Positions 1-10,955 of a stretch of DNA of 64,000 bases are shown one piece after another. Both the position numbers and the translations under genes were made by a program. The stretch is from Saccostrea echinata (taxonomy: Eukaryota): the NCBI RefSeq assembly GCF_033153115.1, contig NW_026889750.1:19158001-19222000 (forward strand), in the 5' to 3' direction. Within the stretch, counting starts at the first letter, position 1, and each line of letters starts with the position of its first letter. A model generated the notes under the pieces. That model searched no databases. It was not told where the DNA came from and worked only from the letters and a program-made list of their open reading frames with translations.

Positions 1-289
1 AAATTGCAAACCTTCGAAAGAAATACTCGAACGTATTTACTCCATTAATCTTCCGGAAAAAAGAAGATGTACTGATCATTGAACAAAAGATATGAACTTC
101 AATGGGTTAAGTTTAGTTGATACTAAAATCTAAGTGATCGTCTTGTACAATACATACAAAGGAACTTTAGCTATATGGGGCCGGTAGTTACCATGATGGA
201 AAGTTAGCCATACGATGTGCACAAAAACGTAATGTCGAGCAGCTAGCAGATTAAACTCGCACAGTCGAATTCTTCCATTTTTAGGTTGA

Positions 290-1250
290 AATCTCTTGCT
301 GTGGCCTTCAACTTGACATTTACATATATCGACAACGAATGATCAATTAACAATAGTTATTCCATTTATATGTCGACACTATATACGCCAGTCAGCTTGA
401 AATAAAAGATACCACAGAGTCTGACACATCTGTTTCATATTTGGAAATATTACAAGAAAAAGATGGTAATGGTAATCTAACAGCAAAGCTTTATGATTGA
501 TTGATTGTATTTTGTTTCATGGGATAGTATGAGGGGCCGTTTTGGTATTTACTGCCAAAAAGTGATATCACCTATTCGAGTAGGTGATATCACCTATTCG
601 AATAAGTGATATCACCTATTCAGCTTCTGAATAGGTGATATCACCTATTCGAATAGGTGATATCACCTATTCGAATAAGTGATATCACCTATTGTTGGTA
701 ATCTAACAGCAAAGCTTTATGATAAACATGACGACTTTAACTTTTCAATCGTCAACTTTCCTTACCTATGCAGCAATACACCCTTGTCACCTGCATATGG
801 GGTGTATATCTCTCAGTTGATTCGAAACGCAAGAGCATGCTCTACGTATGAACAATTTCTAAAACGAAGTAAGTAATTGACAAACAAGTTGATGAAACAG
901 TATATCAACAGTCCCGTTTAAAGTCATTATTTCGTAAGTTCTACAATGTATGATCGATATAATTACCTTGCCAGAAAATACAATCTATCATAAAGTCATA
1001 TGCTTACTGATTTTTCATAATAATTTTTAGGCTATTATTTACACACTGAATTGTCGACGGAAATGCCAGTTATTTCTTGATCATTACAAGGAGCACACGG
1101 CGGGTGTGACCGGTCGGCAGGGGATGCTCACTCCTCCATGGCACCTGATCCTACCACTGTTTTGGGAGGTCCGTGTTTGTTCTGCTCCCGATTTGTATTG
1201 TTTTAATGGACTTTGAGCTTGAATACTGTTCGTTATCTCCATATTTCATT
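290..1250 (+). mobile_element. Decayed 3' fragment of a Penelope-like retroelement (RT C-terminus/thumb plus 3' non-coding end)
   Basis: Degenerate translation FNLTFTYIDN (broken YIDD motif)...IYASQLEIKDTTESDTSVSYLEI...LTAKLYDKHDDFNFSIVNFPYLCSNTPLSPAYGVYISQLIRNARACS matches the recalled PLE RT motif YDKRDDFNFxIVNFP..SNIP..PAYGVYISQLIRYAR. It has stops and frameshifts and is interrupted at 498-695. Confidence 0.75.
498..695 (+). repeat. Local copy of 1762-1978 inserted in the Penelope fragment, flanked by a 28-bp direct duplication
   Basis: tggtaatctaacagcaaagctttatgat occurs at 470-497 and 696-723. The insert matches 1762-1978 apart from one missing 21-bp unit and one substitution. Confidence 0.85.
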
Positions 1251-1297
1251 TAAATTGTCGATCATGATTGCCTACTAGCAATAGCGGTTTCGGTGGT

Positions 1298-1483
1298 AGT
1301 AACGTAGCGATTACGCGGGTAGGAAGATGAATTACCCAGTCTTAATGTGGCATCATTAAGCGAGAACGTCTCCATCACGATCGGTCGGCAAGTAACGTAG
1401 CGATTACGCGGGTAGCAAGATGAATTACCCGGTCTTAATGTGGCGTCATTAAGCACGAACGTCTCCATCACGATCGGTCGGCA
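1298..1483. repeat. Tandem duplication, 2 x 93 bp
   Basis: The unit agtaacgtagcgattacgcgggtag...cacgatcggtcggca starts at 1298 and 1391, with few mismatches. Confidence 0.9.
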
Positions 1484-1760
1484 ACCCCAGCAGTTCCTCT
1501 CAGGCGACTTACCAAAATTTCTACGAAGGTAATTCACAGCAACCTATTGTATATTAGCATTGCAAAAGGGCGACCTCTCTGAACTTCTGTCAACCGTAAT
1601 ATGATTGCAAAAAATTCAAATTTACTGTAATCCCGAAAAATTGTGCCTTTACCTATAGACTATCAAGTGGTATGACAATACGTGTTGGCAAACTTGCTAT
1701 CTTGTAAAAAAATATTGGCTTTTGTTTGATGCACGGATGAGTGACTTTGAACACCTATAT

Positions 1761-3105
1761 TTGATTGATTGTATTTTGTTTCATGGGATAGTATGAGGGG
1801 CCGTTTTGGTATTTACTGCCAAAAAGTGATATCACCTATTCGAGTAGGTGATATCACCTATTCAATAGGTGATATCACCTATTCGAATAAGTGATATCAC
1901 CTATTCAGCTTCTGAATAGGTGATATAACCTATTCGAATAGGTGATATCACCTATTCGAATAAGTGATATCACCTATTTGATTTAAATAGGTGATATCAC
2001 TTATTCCTTTTGAATAGGTGATATCACTTATTCGAATAGGTGATATCACCTATTCAAATTAAATAGGTGATATCACCAATTCAAATAGATGATATCACCT
2101 ATTCGAATATGTGATATCACTTAATCATTTTGAATAGGTGATATCACTTATACGAATAGGTGATATCACATATTCAAATTATTTATGAAATAACAACTGC
2201 TCCCAAGACTTTAATTCTCATTTACTTTCACTTTCGTTTTATAGCTTACCGTTCTTGGAGACAATGGATTACAGCTTCGCATTTAGTTTTAAGCACCCCA
2301 GTAGAATTTGTAGCTTTTTTTTGCTCACAAATTATATTTATTACACTTATCTATAATGTATACTATAGGAAAATCGAGAAAAATGCATAATAACTGTTCC
2401 ATACGGAATATGCCACACTTTACATAATAAAGAGAGAAAGGTATGCCACTCTGTTGTACCCCAGCTTGGTATAATTTATAAAATTTATATAACTTTACAG
2501 GGGTCGATAACATAAGGTGTTAAAAATGTCTCGCACTCAATTACAGGGGAAAACGGGGCAGCCCGAATTTGCTTGGTTCCATTGGAAATCTAGATAGTCT
2601 TGAGGAAGGGAGTATTCATTATTTATTGTTGTAAGAAATTGAATTGGTGATATCACCTATTCATTTCCAATAGTGATATCACCTATTCGAATAAGTGATA
2701 TCACCTATTCGAATAAGTGATATCACCTATTCAATTTGAATGAGTGATATCATTATCACCTATTCGTATAGGTGATATCACCTATTCGAATAGGTGATAT
2801 CACTAAATTGCAATATATACCAAAACGGCGCCTCATAGGATAGAGACGACACCATATATCGGTGAAGGGCTTCAAATTAAGACCTTTACTTTGCACTCAT
2901 TGAACAGTGAGTGATCTTCATCGGGCCTGTCCGTCTTAAGGTTTCATCTGAAAGAGACACAACTTTCACTTCAAAGTGCCGAGCATTTAGCAAAGGAACA
3001 GTTGTTACCTATTTTTTTATGATCTTTGGTCAGTTTTAGCCGAGGTTTGAACCAACGACCCTCCAATCATTGAGCGAGTGCTCTACCGACTGAGCTACCG
3101 TGACG
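1761..3105 (-). mobile_element. tRNA-derived SINE, split by the MITE at 1792-2837
   Basis: Minus-strand head (3105-3039) has an A box TAGCTCAGTCGG and a B box GGTTCAAACC. The body runs 3038-2838 and a (CAAT)n tail lies at 1761-1770 beyond the inserted MITE. Confidence 0.7.
1792..2837. mobile_element. Non-autonomous DNA transposon (IS3EU-like: TAT..ATA ends, 6-bp TSD) with arrays of a palindromic ~21-22-bp unit
   Basis: TIRs tatgaggggccgttttggtat / ataccaaaacggcgcctcata. TSD GGATAG at 1786-1791 and 2838-2843. Internal arrays of gaataggtgatatcacctattc at both ends. Confidence 0.8.
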
Positions 3106-3874
3106 ATACACCAATTTTTGTACACATTGTCAAAAAAGACTTTGGGTCATGCAGTTAAATAATAAATAATGTTACCCTGGGTTTCTTTTTCCTTTCAGTA
3201 TGGATTTTCCCATGCTTTGTGATTGAATATATGATTTTTGTTTAATAAGTAGTATGTAACAAAACAGAATGTGGACACAAACCACATCCAATCTTTAAAC
3301 ATGGGAAATTCTTTTTATTACATTTTACCTATAACATATTGTTTTATCCCTTCTCGCTTTCCGGTAGATTGCTTCATGCAGTTTTACAATATAAAAAAAT
3401 AGTATTTTATTTAATTAAACAATATAACACTTTCTTTGTAAATGCAGGAATTAACAGTTGCAACTATTTCAGAAAAATACATAACCCGCTTAGCCGTGTT
3501 ACGTAATTTTTTTTTCTCCATTGATTGCATCTGGTATATACCGCAATTACAAAGAAAAATATTTTTTTATATTCATATCTGTATAAACAAGCTAATTCAG
3601 AGAATTTGTGTCTCCCGCTAAGGGAAAAAAAGAAGAGCATGCGCAGTTCTAGGGGGACCTTGATTTGCAGAGTTTTTAAATGTATACATGTACATGTATA
3701 TTGAAGCAATAAAAAAATGCCAATATGGATTATGAAGATTTGATTGCTTATTCTTTAATATGTGTATAGAAGATTCTTTTTATATAGAACATTTATCACA
3801 CTGTAATAATGATTTTATGAGAAGTTTGTACACGCCAAACGTCAAAACATTTTCATTTCATATGTTGAATACTA

Positions 3875-3946
3875 TCATTCGTCCGGGATTTGAAACCGGG
3901 ACCTCTCATTTGCTAGGCAAGAATCATATCCCTAGACCAATGAGGC
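3875..3946 (-). pseudogene. tRNA-Pro-derived pseudogene or repeat head
   Basis: The minus strand aligns without gaps (72 nt) to the recalled eukaryotic tRNA-Pro sequence (TTGGTCTAGGG..ATGATTCT..GAGAGGTCCCGG.TTCAAATCCCGGACGA). The acceptor and anticodon stems are mispaired and the anticodon position reads AGC. Confidence 0.75.
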
Positions 3947-6900
3947 ACTTGATTTTACATCAAATTAAATGCAAACATTAGGTCACATATAATGTTTATA
4001 TTCATGTTCGATATTGTCAAAATTTTACACAACATATGGTGTCTAATTTAGCCTTTACTAAACACAGCGATGGAGATAATCAATTTATATTGTTTCTTTT
4101 CTTTACAAAAGAGCATTCTTTAAATCTAGTTTACTTTTAACAAAAGTTTTTTTCTATCATATTCAGTGAATTTACAGTTTTAAATTATCTCGGAAACTGA
4201 GTACTTCAAAAGATTTTTCCATTATCTCCATTCATCTGCGAGAATTCCTATCACAAAGCACATCATATGTCTTTGGAATGACATTGCTTCCTGGCCTCTG
4301 TGCATATACAAAAAGTATTATTTCTAATCGGAAGTGACGCATCTCACATTTCCGGCTAACAACTATGTGGCGTAATCATATATATGTTGTTTTAATTGTC
4401 ACTGACGTAAATTAGGGGCGGCACCAACACAGCGATGGAGATGCAAAAGACAACTAGCACGAACTAACCATATGGCATTCGTTCGACACCTGCGGAGTTT
4501 ATGTTTTTTCAAACTGCAATGATGTAACGGATGCAGGCTTTTTAATTAGCCCGGCGAGCTGTAGATGTAAATTGCATGCCCATATGGTAAACCTCACTAG
4601 GACGAATGATAGACAGTTTTTTATACAATACCTTGCATACCTTCAGTATACATCTTATCATTTCGCAATTCATCTATCGTTAACTTTAATATTTTATTTT
4701 CAAGCATTGTGAATCAAGCCAACAGAATATGATTCTAGAAAACCAAATGGTTATATTTTCATTCGAGTATTTGTTTTGCATGGGGGCAGCATATATCCTG
4801 TTTAAACTCTCTAATTAAAATGAAAATTTCATTGAGTACCATTTTAACAGTGATGAGAGTCTTTTAATTGCAAAATGTGTTTCTGAAAAATAACGAAACA
4901 AACTGAACCCAGGTGTATATATTAACTTTTCTTAATTCCATGACGTCTTAATCTTATTTATTTCTTATTTCTTTCTTTGAGTCAACCATTATTAAGATAG
5001 CGATCACTTTGAGATATTTAGTTTATCATGAAAGTGTTAGCGTTGCTGAATTATGTGCGTTAAGAAGTTAGATCCATAATTTATTAAAATGTTGTTTTCT
5101 GCAGAATTTTTAACATCGCTGGCGCCATGCAAGAGATACCATTCAAATACCCTCTGTAAATGTCATCGTTTTTGAAACGTAATATGCTGTAAAAGACGAG
5201 AGTTGCTAAAGATTATTGTTAGAGACAGAATATAATGTGGTATTAAAATAGGGTTAATTAAGAGTCACTTTAGCGATGTTTATTTGAAAAGAATGGAATT
5301 CTATCGTATCACAGGGAGTTTTCCAGTCATTAGTCACACCAAAAGTGCAGTTGACAACTGTCAATCACTGCCACCAGTCTTAGTCTGTCAAACGTTTGCC
5401 ACCGACTAAAAAGGATCAAGGATTTAATCGTCTTTTGAACAAAAAGTATATTATCAGACTGTTCGTTCTTCATGCTGATTTTCTCGTCCAAGTATGACCG
5501 ATGAACCTGAATGTAAGAAAAAATGAACGGATTTTAGGCACAATTGTTCCACAACATGCGTGTGATTATTATAGTTGTAGTAGAATTTTTTTTTATCAAA
5601 CATATTTGAAAAAGAAATTATATTTTAAAAAAAAAGAATTATCTTATGATTTAAAAAATCGATATTGATCTTTTTCTTTACTGTTAATATTTAACTCTAT
5701 AATGAGGGAGTTGCAATTTTGATTTGAAGGGCTGTCATCTAAGTTACTGTCTTCCCACAAATATTTATCTAAAATATAAATTTTGTAGTTTGAATTTCTC
5801 ATAACACAAAATTTTAATCTTATTTCTAAAGGATCATATCACCAAATTTTATATTTCTAATAAAAATAAGTGGATAGACAGTATTTCATATCTCCATTCT
5901 TTTCACATACTTGTACATGTATTTTTTCAGATCTAAATGCATGTTCTTGAAGAAACAGGTGATTAATTTCAATACCAGAATCACTATGTAACCTTTTTTT
6001 GGGGTAGTACTGTGATATGTTCAACAATACCTGATATCAGCAATATTAGGTCACACTGGTCGGGTGATACGATTGTAAAGTTGACACAGCAAATGTTTCC
6101 CTTGTTTTGGAAACACCATAATCTGAAATTATGTTAAGTAGCAATAGTAAAAATTAATTTGAAAACCTATTAAATGTCTTGGACCTATAGAAAGGAGGGC
6201 TGTTTATGATTTTCACTGATGCCTTGCATTTTTTTCTTTCAAAAAAAATTTGATATTTTTTAACAATATCATATAATTGGTAATGTATGGTTTTGATACA
6301 TTAAATCAGAAACATAGATAGATTCCTTTCTCTGATAAAATTCACGAAAGAACTGATTCAATCAGCGATAAATTGTTTAATTTTAAAATATTCGAATCTT
6401 GAAGATTGGAACACGGCTTATTTTCTTTGAGTATGCTTTTTTCATTTCTAAAATTTTACGAAAGTTCAAACTAAATTTGATGTTCATGTACATGGTGTAG
6501 ATTTAATCAAATGAGTACGGACTTAATTTTAACAATAATTTCATGAACTTAAATTAATTCCAAACATGCAATACGTCTCCCAGTCTAAATACATTTTGAA
6601 ACAACATGCCCAGTTCAATTATCTTTATAATATCATAAGTCATCAACGAACTGAATTTAGAAAAAAAAAACCATTTACTGCAAATACTACGTAAAAGTGC
6701 AGATGAAGAAGAAAATTTATAAAAGTGCGTGAGTTTAATTTAAAAATTAAATCCAATGAGAGGGGAATCTCAGAAATTGAATTTCTGGCATTAACAAGGA
6801 TATACGGTTGAATATATAGGTTAATACAAAACACGTGGAAATTATACAAAAAATGTTTCTCTCCTCTAAAAACAATTATTTAATTTCTAACGTTAACAAG

Positions 6901-7330
6901 GGTATTTTTCAGTTGTTTTGACGTTTCAGGCATATGGAATACAGCTTCCTTTAAGCGTCTGGACGACTCTGAAAATCTAATATGGCTCATTATCTTGCAG
7001 TGACTTAGTAACCTCGTTCTAATTTCTGGTGTAGACATCATAATAAACACCTCATAATCTCCAAGCCTTGTAATTCTTGTGAAATATTAGCATTCAGAAG
7101 AGCCCAGAGTAAAAAGAATGGTAAGCATTTGAAACATAAAAAGTAACGGGTACATTCGTGGCTCATATTTAAGGAATGTGTATAAAAGTCATCATCCTTT
7201 AAAGTATTATAGAAAACATTAAATACATAGTGTAGAATAAATGGAGTTTGGTTAATGTAAATCAATAAAACCATCAATAGTCCTGAGGTAAAATCTCAAC
7301 CAAAACGAACAAACAGTGCATAGTAGTTAA

Positions 7331-7658
7331 GGTCAGCTGACACGTTTCTCGAAAATATATGATTTTTCCCAAGAATTTGTCGTTGAAGTATTACTACTTA
7401 AACAAGTTTTTCCTCACCAAAAATTGAGGTACTTTACCAGGCATTTGAGCAAGATACCAGAGGGTGATACATTGTATTTCTTATATATAATCCTTTAGGG
7501 TAATCTTTTGAATTGCCAAAATCACAATTTTTGGTGTACTCATTTTTTAAAACATATTGAAAACAATTTAGAAATCACAAGAAAATGACAATTTTGAAGA
7601 CTTTTTATATAATACCAAGGTATACAAAATATATCTTTGAGGAACGTGTCGTCTGACC
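7331..7658. mobile_element. Kolobok-type MITE (GG..CC ends, TTAA TSD)
   Basis: ttaa|ggtcagctgacacgtttctc ... gaggaacgtgtcgtctgacc|ttaa, with imperfect ~30-bp TIRs. Confidence 0.75.
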
Positions 7659-9038
7659 TTAACAGAATGACATCTTTCTCCAGGAGTGGCCTCTTCGAAT
7701 TTGCAGATTTGAACAATTATTTAAACCCAAGTCCCTTTTAGCTCTAAGTTTTCATTTACATGTATACCGTTTATTGCCATAAAATTTTGCATTCTTGATA
7801 ACTAAAAAAGCCTTACATATCTAAAGTGAATTATATTCCCATTTGGGACGCATCTAATTAAACTTCTTATCGAATGCAGACTACATACTCAGTGGAGCTA
7901 AGCATAATCGGATGGATACCAAAATCAGAGCTTCATTTGCATTTTCTTTGTTATGATTGTATGAATATACTCTTTAATATAATTCATTGGTGTCTGCAGG
8001 AGATGTGGTATAAGAAATAATCCAAACTCTGCGTCACATATATACAAGTATCACTTCTGAACAAAAATGCATGTATATCAATCTCTTGATTAATATATTT
8101 TCCGAATAAATTTGAAACAATTTTTATTGACTTGTTTACAGAGACAAATATTGCATGTGTCAACAAAATTTAGAATCGACTCTGATTCCGTATATATATC
8201 CGTGTAAGGACGGGTCTTACTTCTTTCATCATAAATTATTTGTCGTGTTATAGGAAATATTATATTTCTTCCATTCTCTAATGAGGAGAAAAGGTCAGGA
8301 GGTATGGTCTATAAAATCCATTCTTTCCATTGTTTATGTTATCTGACTGCAAGAAATTGAATTAAAACTTAGGAGTATAAATTTAGAGAAACAATTTGAT
8401 TAAAACAAAGAGTGCTTATACGGCGTGAAAGTTTTTCTGAACTCCCATGCCTAATGAAGAGCGAGTTCAAGGTCACTGGCGGAAAAGTGTTACTTCTGAG
8501 TCAGTATTAAGATTTTACAAATAAATATTGAGGGTTCATGTTGTCTACATCTCTAACACAATACAAGTCCAATGTCATTGGAAAATGAACATTCATGTCT
8601 GTGCATAAAGACTCTGTCACACACACAAAGAAAAATTCTGACCTTTACATTAAGACATAGCATTGAAGCTTTTCAAGATGCAAGACAAGTTTTACAAATT
8701 ATATAGTACTGCCAGTGCCAGAGTTTGAAGTTTTGTCAAGGACAAAGGAAGATACACAAAAAGCTTTAAAATACTTTTTGGTTATTACTCTGAAATCATT
8801 TTTATATCTTATGTTGCCTCTTACTATCAGTACTTTAATTTGAAGTTTATAATAGAATGTAAAATGCGCTGTATAAGTACATTCCAAAACCTGAATAGCA
8901 TTGCGAATTCTTCACCATAATAATAGATGGAAGGATTGTTAACTACACATGCTGAATCTGAGAATTTTAAGACCTGATTTAGTCATCGAGCAGATACTTG
9001 AAATAAGACTATATTTGCATAACAATGGTTGAATTCAT

Positions 9039-9044
9039 TTTATT
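9039..9044 (-). other. Candidate polyadenylation signal of the sFRP gene
   Basis: AATAAA on the minus strand about 790 nt downstream of the stop codon. There is no transcript evidence. Confidence 0.3.
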
Positions 9045-9828
9045 TTATAAATTGTGAAATGGATCTTTATGTAATGTACAAAATGTATTTTACATAAACA
9101 TATTATGCCAATTTGTAAAACATTTCTTGAACAAAATAATCAAGTATATGTATATTCCTTTATCTTATTGCTGGAAACAGTGTACAATTCTACTGAAACA
9201 TTTAGGTAATAAAAGGGGGATTTGTTTGAATTTAAACCTAAATAATTGTTTCGTTTGAGTGTAATACTAGTATCAGGAAGAAATGAAATTAATTTCCTAG
9301 AAAAGGATATTAATTTCAGTGTTATTATCCACAAGGAACACTGTTTTAACATTATTTAGATGAACTCCGAGAGACGTCTAAATAGCACTAATTCTCTGCA
9401 GCAGTCTTGTTCAGAGTTACGTTTATCGATAGAATCTGGTCTGAAAGAACATAAATTCAAAATTACATGCAGTCAGAGGTGCAGTAACAGTTCACTAGTA
9501 ATTAAGTGAAAGCATCAGTTCATTTTTGTTCTACACATACTTTAAAGCCAGTGTAACGTATTGAAAATGGAAGCATTTTTGCACATCCTTTGCAAAAAAT
9601 ATCAAACACAATGTCTAGATACTATACAACAAAACAAATTTATACAACTCTATCACATGGCTTTTGCACTTTCATATCCATTCAAAACCAGTTAATCACA
9701 CTTGTATCCATCTAAGATTCCTTAGAATCACGATTCCGGATTGCACATCTTTAACTTTGTGTCAAATTTCAATTACCATTATCACAGACATTTCTGGGTC
9801 AAATTGGATTTATGTCCTTCTCCAAAGT

Positions 9829-10403
9829 CTATGAAGGGGGCGTTGCCGCTTGTTTTCCTTTTCCCCCATTTTTACCTTTTCTTTTTCGGCCTTTCTTTTT
9901 TCCTTTTCCCTTTTTTCCCTTTCCCTTCTTGCCCTTTTTCCCTTTTCCTTTCTTTCCTTTTCCTTTCTTGCCCTTTTTCCCCTTCCCCTTCTTCCCCTTC
10001 TTCCCCTTCTTCCCTTTCTTTCCTTTTCCCTTCTTGCCACCTTTCCCCTTGCTTCCTTTTCCATGATGTTCGGTTTCTCCTATGTCCAGTGGTTTTGAAC
10101 AAATGTCCTTTTTACGCATTAGCTTCAACGCTTTGCGAAAATCCTTTTCTTTCCGCCATTTTGCTATATACATGGCGGTATATTCTCCCGGTGATGTATT
10201 ATTTCCCATAATGATGTACTTTTCGTTAAGTGTGACATTAATGCGATCACAGTCACAATGAATTCCGCCTTGAATATATGGACTAAGCGATTTTTTATCT
10301 TTCTTGGAAAGTCCATTCTTTTTGAAGAATTTCTTTTTCCTTTCCAACACCAATATTTTCTTTTCATTTTGATGTTTGATTTGTTTTACCTTAGCTCTGA
10401 CCA
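9829..10403 (-). CDS. sFRP1/2/5: Secreted frizzled-related protein (sFRP1/2/5 class), coding exon 3: rest of NTR domain plus Gly/Lys-rich tail
   Basis: Acceptor tttacAG (10405-10404), phase 1. VVRAKVKQIK...HCDC...YIIMG...IAKW...DIC follows the netrin/NTR pattern. TAG stop at 9831-9829. Joined CDS is 490+78+575=1143 nt, 380 aa. Confidence 0.9.
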
Positions 10404-10893
10404 CTGTAAATGAATCATAGTCAATTAATTGTCGAACCTGCTTTGCAGAAAATCAAATAATCCGAAAAAAAAATCCCTATTTTTGATACACCGTATTTTC
10501 TGAAAGAGTAATGAAGACTTTCTATTTGATGTAGTAAACATTGCGCCAGCACTATGCTCATCTAATAGTACAATGTAATTCAAATACAAGCTTATCTTTT
10601 AAAAAGATTGGTGAGCTAGCGCTGTAGCATAATAAAATACATAAGAAGATATCCGAACCATTTGTTTAATTTGCTGAATCGATTAATTATTAATAGGAAG
10701 GCAGATTGGTGCACTGGGGGTTGAGTTTGGGGGGGGGGGGAGGTTCACAATTCAGAATGGTGAATCTAAGAGTGTGCTTCACGTCGGCAATGGCATAACT
10801 CCTAACTGTGCTTTAAGCATTCTGTATTTTATTGTAATTTCAATTTCGAGGTGAAAAATAAAAGGTCAGTAGAACAAATGAGCACCTTCGGGC

Positions 10894-10955
10894 CTTTCCG
10901 GCAAGCTCGGAAAACATATCCGAGGTTGCCGCGGTTTTCCGAGCTTGCCGGAAAG
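10894..10955. repeat. Perfect 22-bp inverted repeat with 18-nt loop in sFRP intron 2
   Basis: ctttccggcaagctcggaaaac (10894-10915) pairs with gttttccgagcttgccggaaag (10934-10955). A third arm copy lies near 11184-11202. Confidence 0.85.

Noticed and set aside
679-876. 65-aa ORF as a functional gene
   Set aside because: It is a fragment of a decayed Penelope-like RT. The start codon comes from the inserted repeat and the catalytic motif upstream is broken.
560-2810. Short palindromic repeat arrays resembling a CRISPR array
   Set aside because: The units abut with no unique spacers, there are no cas genes, the context is eukaryotic, and they lie inside a TIR/TSD-bounded MITE.
4061-4442. 17-bp direct repeat aacacagcgatggagat about 365 bp apart
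   Set aside because: No element structure is recognisable between the copies, so it cannot be called a TSD or LTR.
9741-10211. Overlapping Phe/Pro/Ser-rich and Arg/Glu-rich ORFs on both strands
   Set aside because: These are shadows of the purine-rich Gly/Lys repeat of sFRP exon 3. Only the frame continuous with the NTR domain has splice support.
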